This document shows, piece after piece, positions 62,085 through 64,000 of a stretch of 64,000 nt of DNA; within the stretch, counting starts at the first letter, position 1; each line of letters starts with the position of its first letter. Made by a program: the position numbers and the translations under genes. Below the pieces are notes generated by a model. The model saw nothing but the letters and a program-made list of their open reading frames with translations, was not told the origin of the DNA and did no database searches. This DNA is from Mobula hypostoma (taxonomy: Eukaryota): the NCBI RefSeq assembly GCF_963921235.1, contig NC_086101.1, forward strand, positions 3,412,001 to 3,476,000, in the 5' to 3' direction.

Positions 62085-63600
62085 GGAGATTCCATTTCAT
62101 TGGCTCTTCACTCAGCCCTGAAACACCTGAATAGCATTGATACATACATCAGGATGCTCTTTATTAACTACAGCTCGGCATTCAATACTGTCATCCCCTT
62201 AAAACAGGTCAATGAGCTTCAAAACCTTGGCCTCAATTCCTCCTTGTGTGATTGGATCCTCGATTTCCTCACTTGCAGACCCCAGTCAGTTCAGATTGGC
62301 AACAACATCTCCTCCGCAATCTCCATCGGTACAGGTGAACCACAGGGCTGTGTGCTGCGTCCCCCCTCCGCCCTCCCTGCTCTGCTCGCTTTGCACTGGT
62401 GACTGTGTGGCTAAGCACAGCTGCAGCGCCATATTCAGGTTTGCTGTTGTTGGCCGAATCAAAGGTGGTGACGAATCAGCGTGTTGGAGGGAAGCTGAAA
62501 ATCTGTCTGAGTGGTGCCACAACAACCTCTCACTCAGTGTCAGCAAGACCAAGGAGATGATCATTGACGTCAGGGGAAGGAAACCAGAGATCCGTGAGCC
62601 AGTCCTCGTGGGGGGGGTGGGGAGTCAGCAACTTTAAATTCTTCATTGTTAACATTCCTGAGGACCAGTCCTAGGCCCAGCGTGTAAGTGCAGTTATGAA
62701 GAAAGCGCGGCAGTGCCTCTACTTCCTTGGGAATTTGCAGAGACAAACTTCTATAGATGTGTGGTGGAGAGCATATTGTCTGGCTGCATCACAGCCTGGT
62801 ATGGGAACGCCAACACCGTTACATGGGGAAAGCCTGCAGAAGGTAGTGGACACAGCCCAGTCCGTCACAGGCAAAGACCCTCCCCACCATTGAGCACACC
62901 TATGTGAAATGCTGTTGCAGGAAAGTAGCATCCATCATCAGAGATCCCCACCACCCAGGCCACGCTCTCTTCTCGCTGCTGCCAGCAGGCAGGAGGTACA
63001 GGAGCCTCAGGACCCACACCACCGTGTTCAGGAACAGTTATTACCCCTCAACCATCAGGAAGGAGGTACAGGAGCCTCAGGACCCACACCACCGTGTTGA
63101 GGAACAGTTATTACCCCTCAACCATCAGGCAGGAGGTACAGGAGCCTCAGGACCCACACCACCGTGTTCAGGAACAGTTATTACCCCTCAACCATCAGGA
63201 AGGAGGTACAGGAGCCTCAGGACCCACACCACCGTGTTGAGGAACAGTTATTACCCCTCAACCATCAGGAAGGAGGTACAGGAGCCTCAGGACCCACACC
63301 ACCGTGTTCAGGAACAGTTATTACCCCTCAGCCATCAGGCAGGAGGTACAGGAGCCTCAGGACCCACACTACCAGGGTCAGGAACAGTTATTACCCCTCA
63401 GCCAGCACGCTCTTGAATCAGAGGGGATATCTTCACTCGCCCTATCACTGAACTGATTCCATAACCTTCGGAATCATTTTGAAGAACACTACAGCTCATG
63501 TTCTCAATATTTATTTATTTAATTTGCAGTTTATCTTCTTTTGCACATTGCCAGCCTTTGTAGTTTTTAAATTGATTCTACTGTATTTCTTTATTTTAGG
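62085..63600 (+). mobile_element. Rex1/Babar-like LINE 3' portion with internal tandem amplification
   Basis: ISLALHSALKHL..YIRMLFINYSSAFNTVIP..WILDFLT..GEPQGCVL; IIRDPHHPGHALFSLLPAGRRYRSLRTHTT. Confidence 0.85.
62991..63405 (+). repeat. 70-bp x6 tandem repeat from the LINE ORF end
   Basis: AGGAGGTACAGGAGCCTCAGGACCCACACCACCGTGTTCAGGAACAGTTATTACCCCTCAACCATCAGGA starting at 62991, 63061, 63131, 63201, 63271, 63341. Confidence 0.95.
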
Positions 63601-63845
63601 CAATAGACAATAGGTGCAGGAGTTGGCCATTCGGCCCTTCGAGCCAGCACCGCCATTCACTGTGATCATGGCTGATCATCCACAATCAGTATCCAGTTCC
63701 TGCCTTATCCCCATAACCTTTGATTCCGCTATCTTTAAGAGCTCTATCCATCTCTTTCTTGAAAGCGTCCAAAGACTTGGCCTCCACAGCCTTCTGGGGC
63801 AGAGCATTCCATATATCCATCACTCTCTGGGTGAAAAAGTTTTTC
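63600..63845 (-). mobile_element. CR1 3'-end fragment
   Basis: (CAATAGA)n tail and CR1 3' UTR/ORF end. Confidence 0.75.
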
Positions 63846-63959
63846 TTGTGAATGTCCTGAAGGAAGTGAACCAGGGTTGTCTATGGTGAGGTGTGCGTAC
63901 TGTGATAATGAATTTGCTGGGAGTGTTTCCCGTTGCTCACGACTGCCTTCCTGCCACAG

Positions 63960-64000
63960 ATCCTGTTTGCCACGGAGACCTTCGCCATGGGGGTGAACAT
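63960..64000 (+). CDS. SKIV2L: SKIV2L coding exon (approx. exon 18; motif V; cut by window end)
   Basis: ctgccacag|ATC; ILFATETFAMGVN(M). Confidence 0.95.
   Translation, partial: MLFATETFAMGVN

Overview
Eukaryotic vertebrate genomic DNA. The repeat landscape (CR1, Rex1/Babar-like LINEs, Penelope, Tc1, tRNA-SINEs) suggests a cartilaginous fish, probably a ray or skate; this is inference. The window lies inside one host gene on the + strand, SKIV2L/SKIC2, the Ski2-like DExH RNA helicase of the SKI complex. I assembled 16 consecutive coding exons (12549-64000, about 1874 nt, about 624 codons) with GT-AG boundaries, continuous phase and no stops. The first exons were not found, and the gene runs off the right edge. 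The introns are packed with nested transposons and TE-seeded tandem arrays. The most notable element is a complete young LTR retrotransposon (44272-49058: 848-bp LTRs, AGTA TSD, tRNA-Pro-like PBS, PPT). Its single open 939-aa ORF keeps Gag, CCHC knuckle and protease, but only non-catalytic integrase and RT remnants in Gmr1-like order, and its two LTRs differ only within one 100-bp patch. Also notable: minimal hammerhead-ribozyme motifs in Penelope termini, two of them in the pre-mRNA sense; a higher-order minisatellite that multiplies a copy of a host splice donor; two solo LTRs; and a small hAT-like element with a zinc-finger remnant. No prokaryotic-type system (CRISPR, operon) is present.
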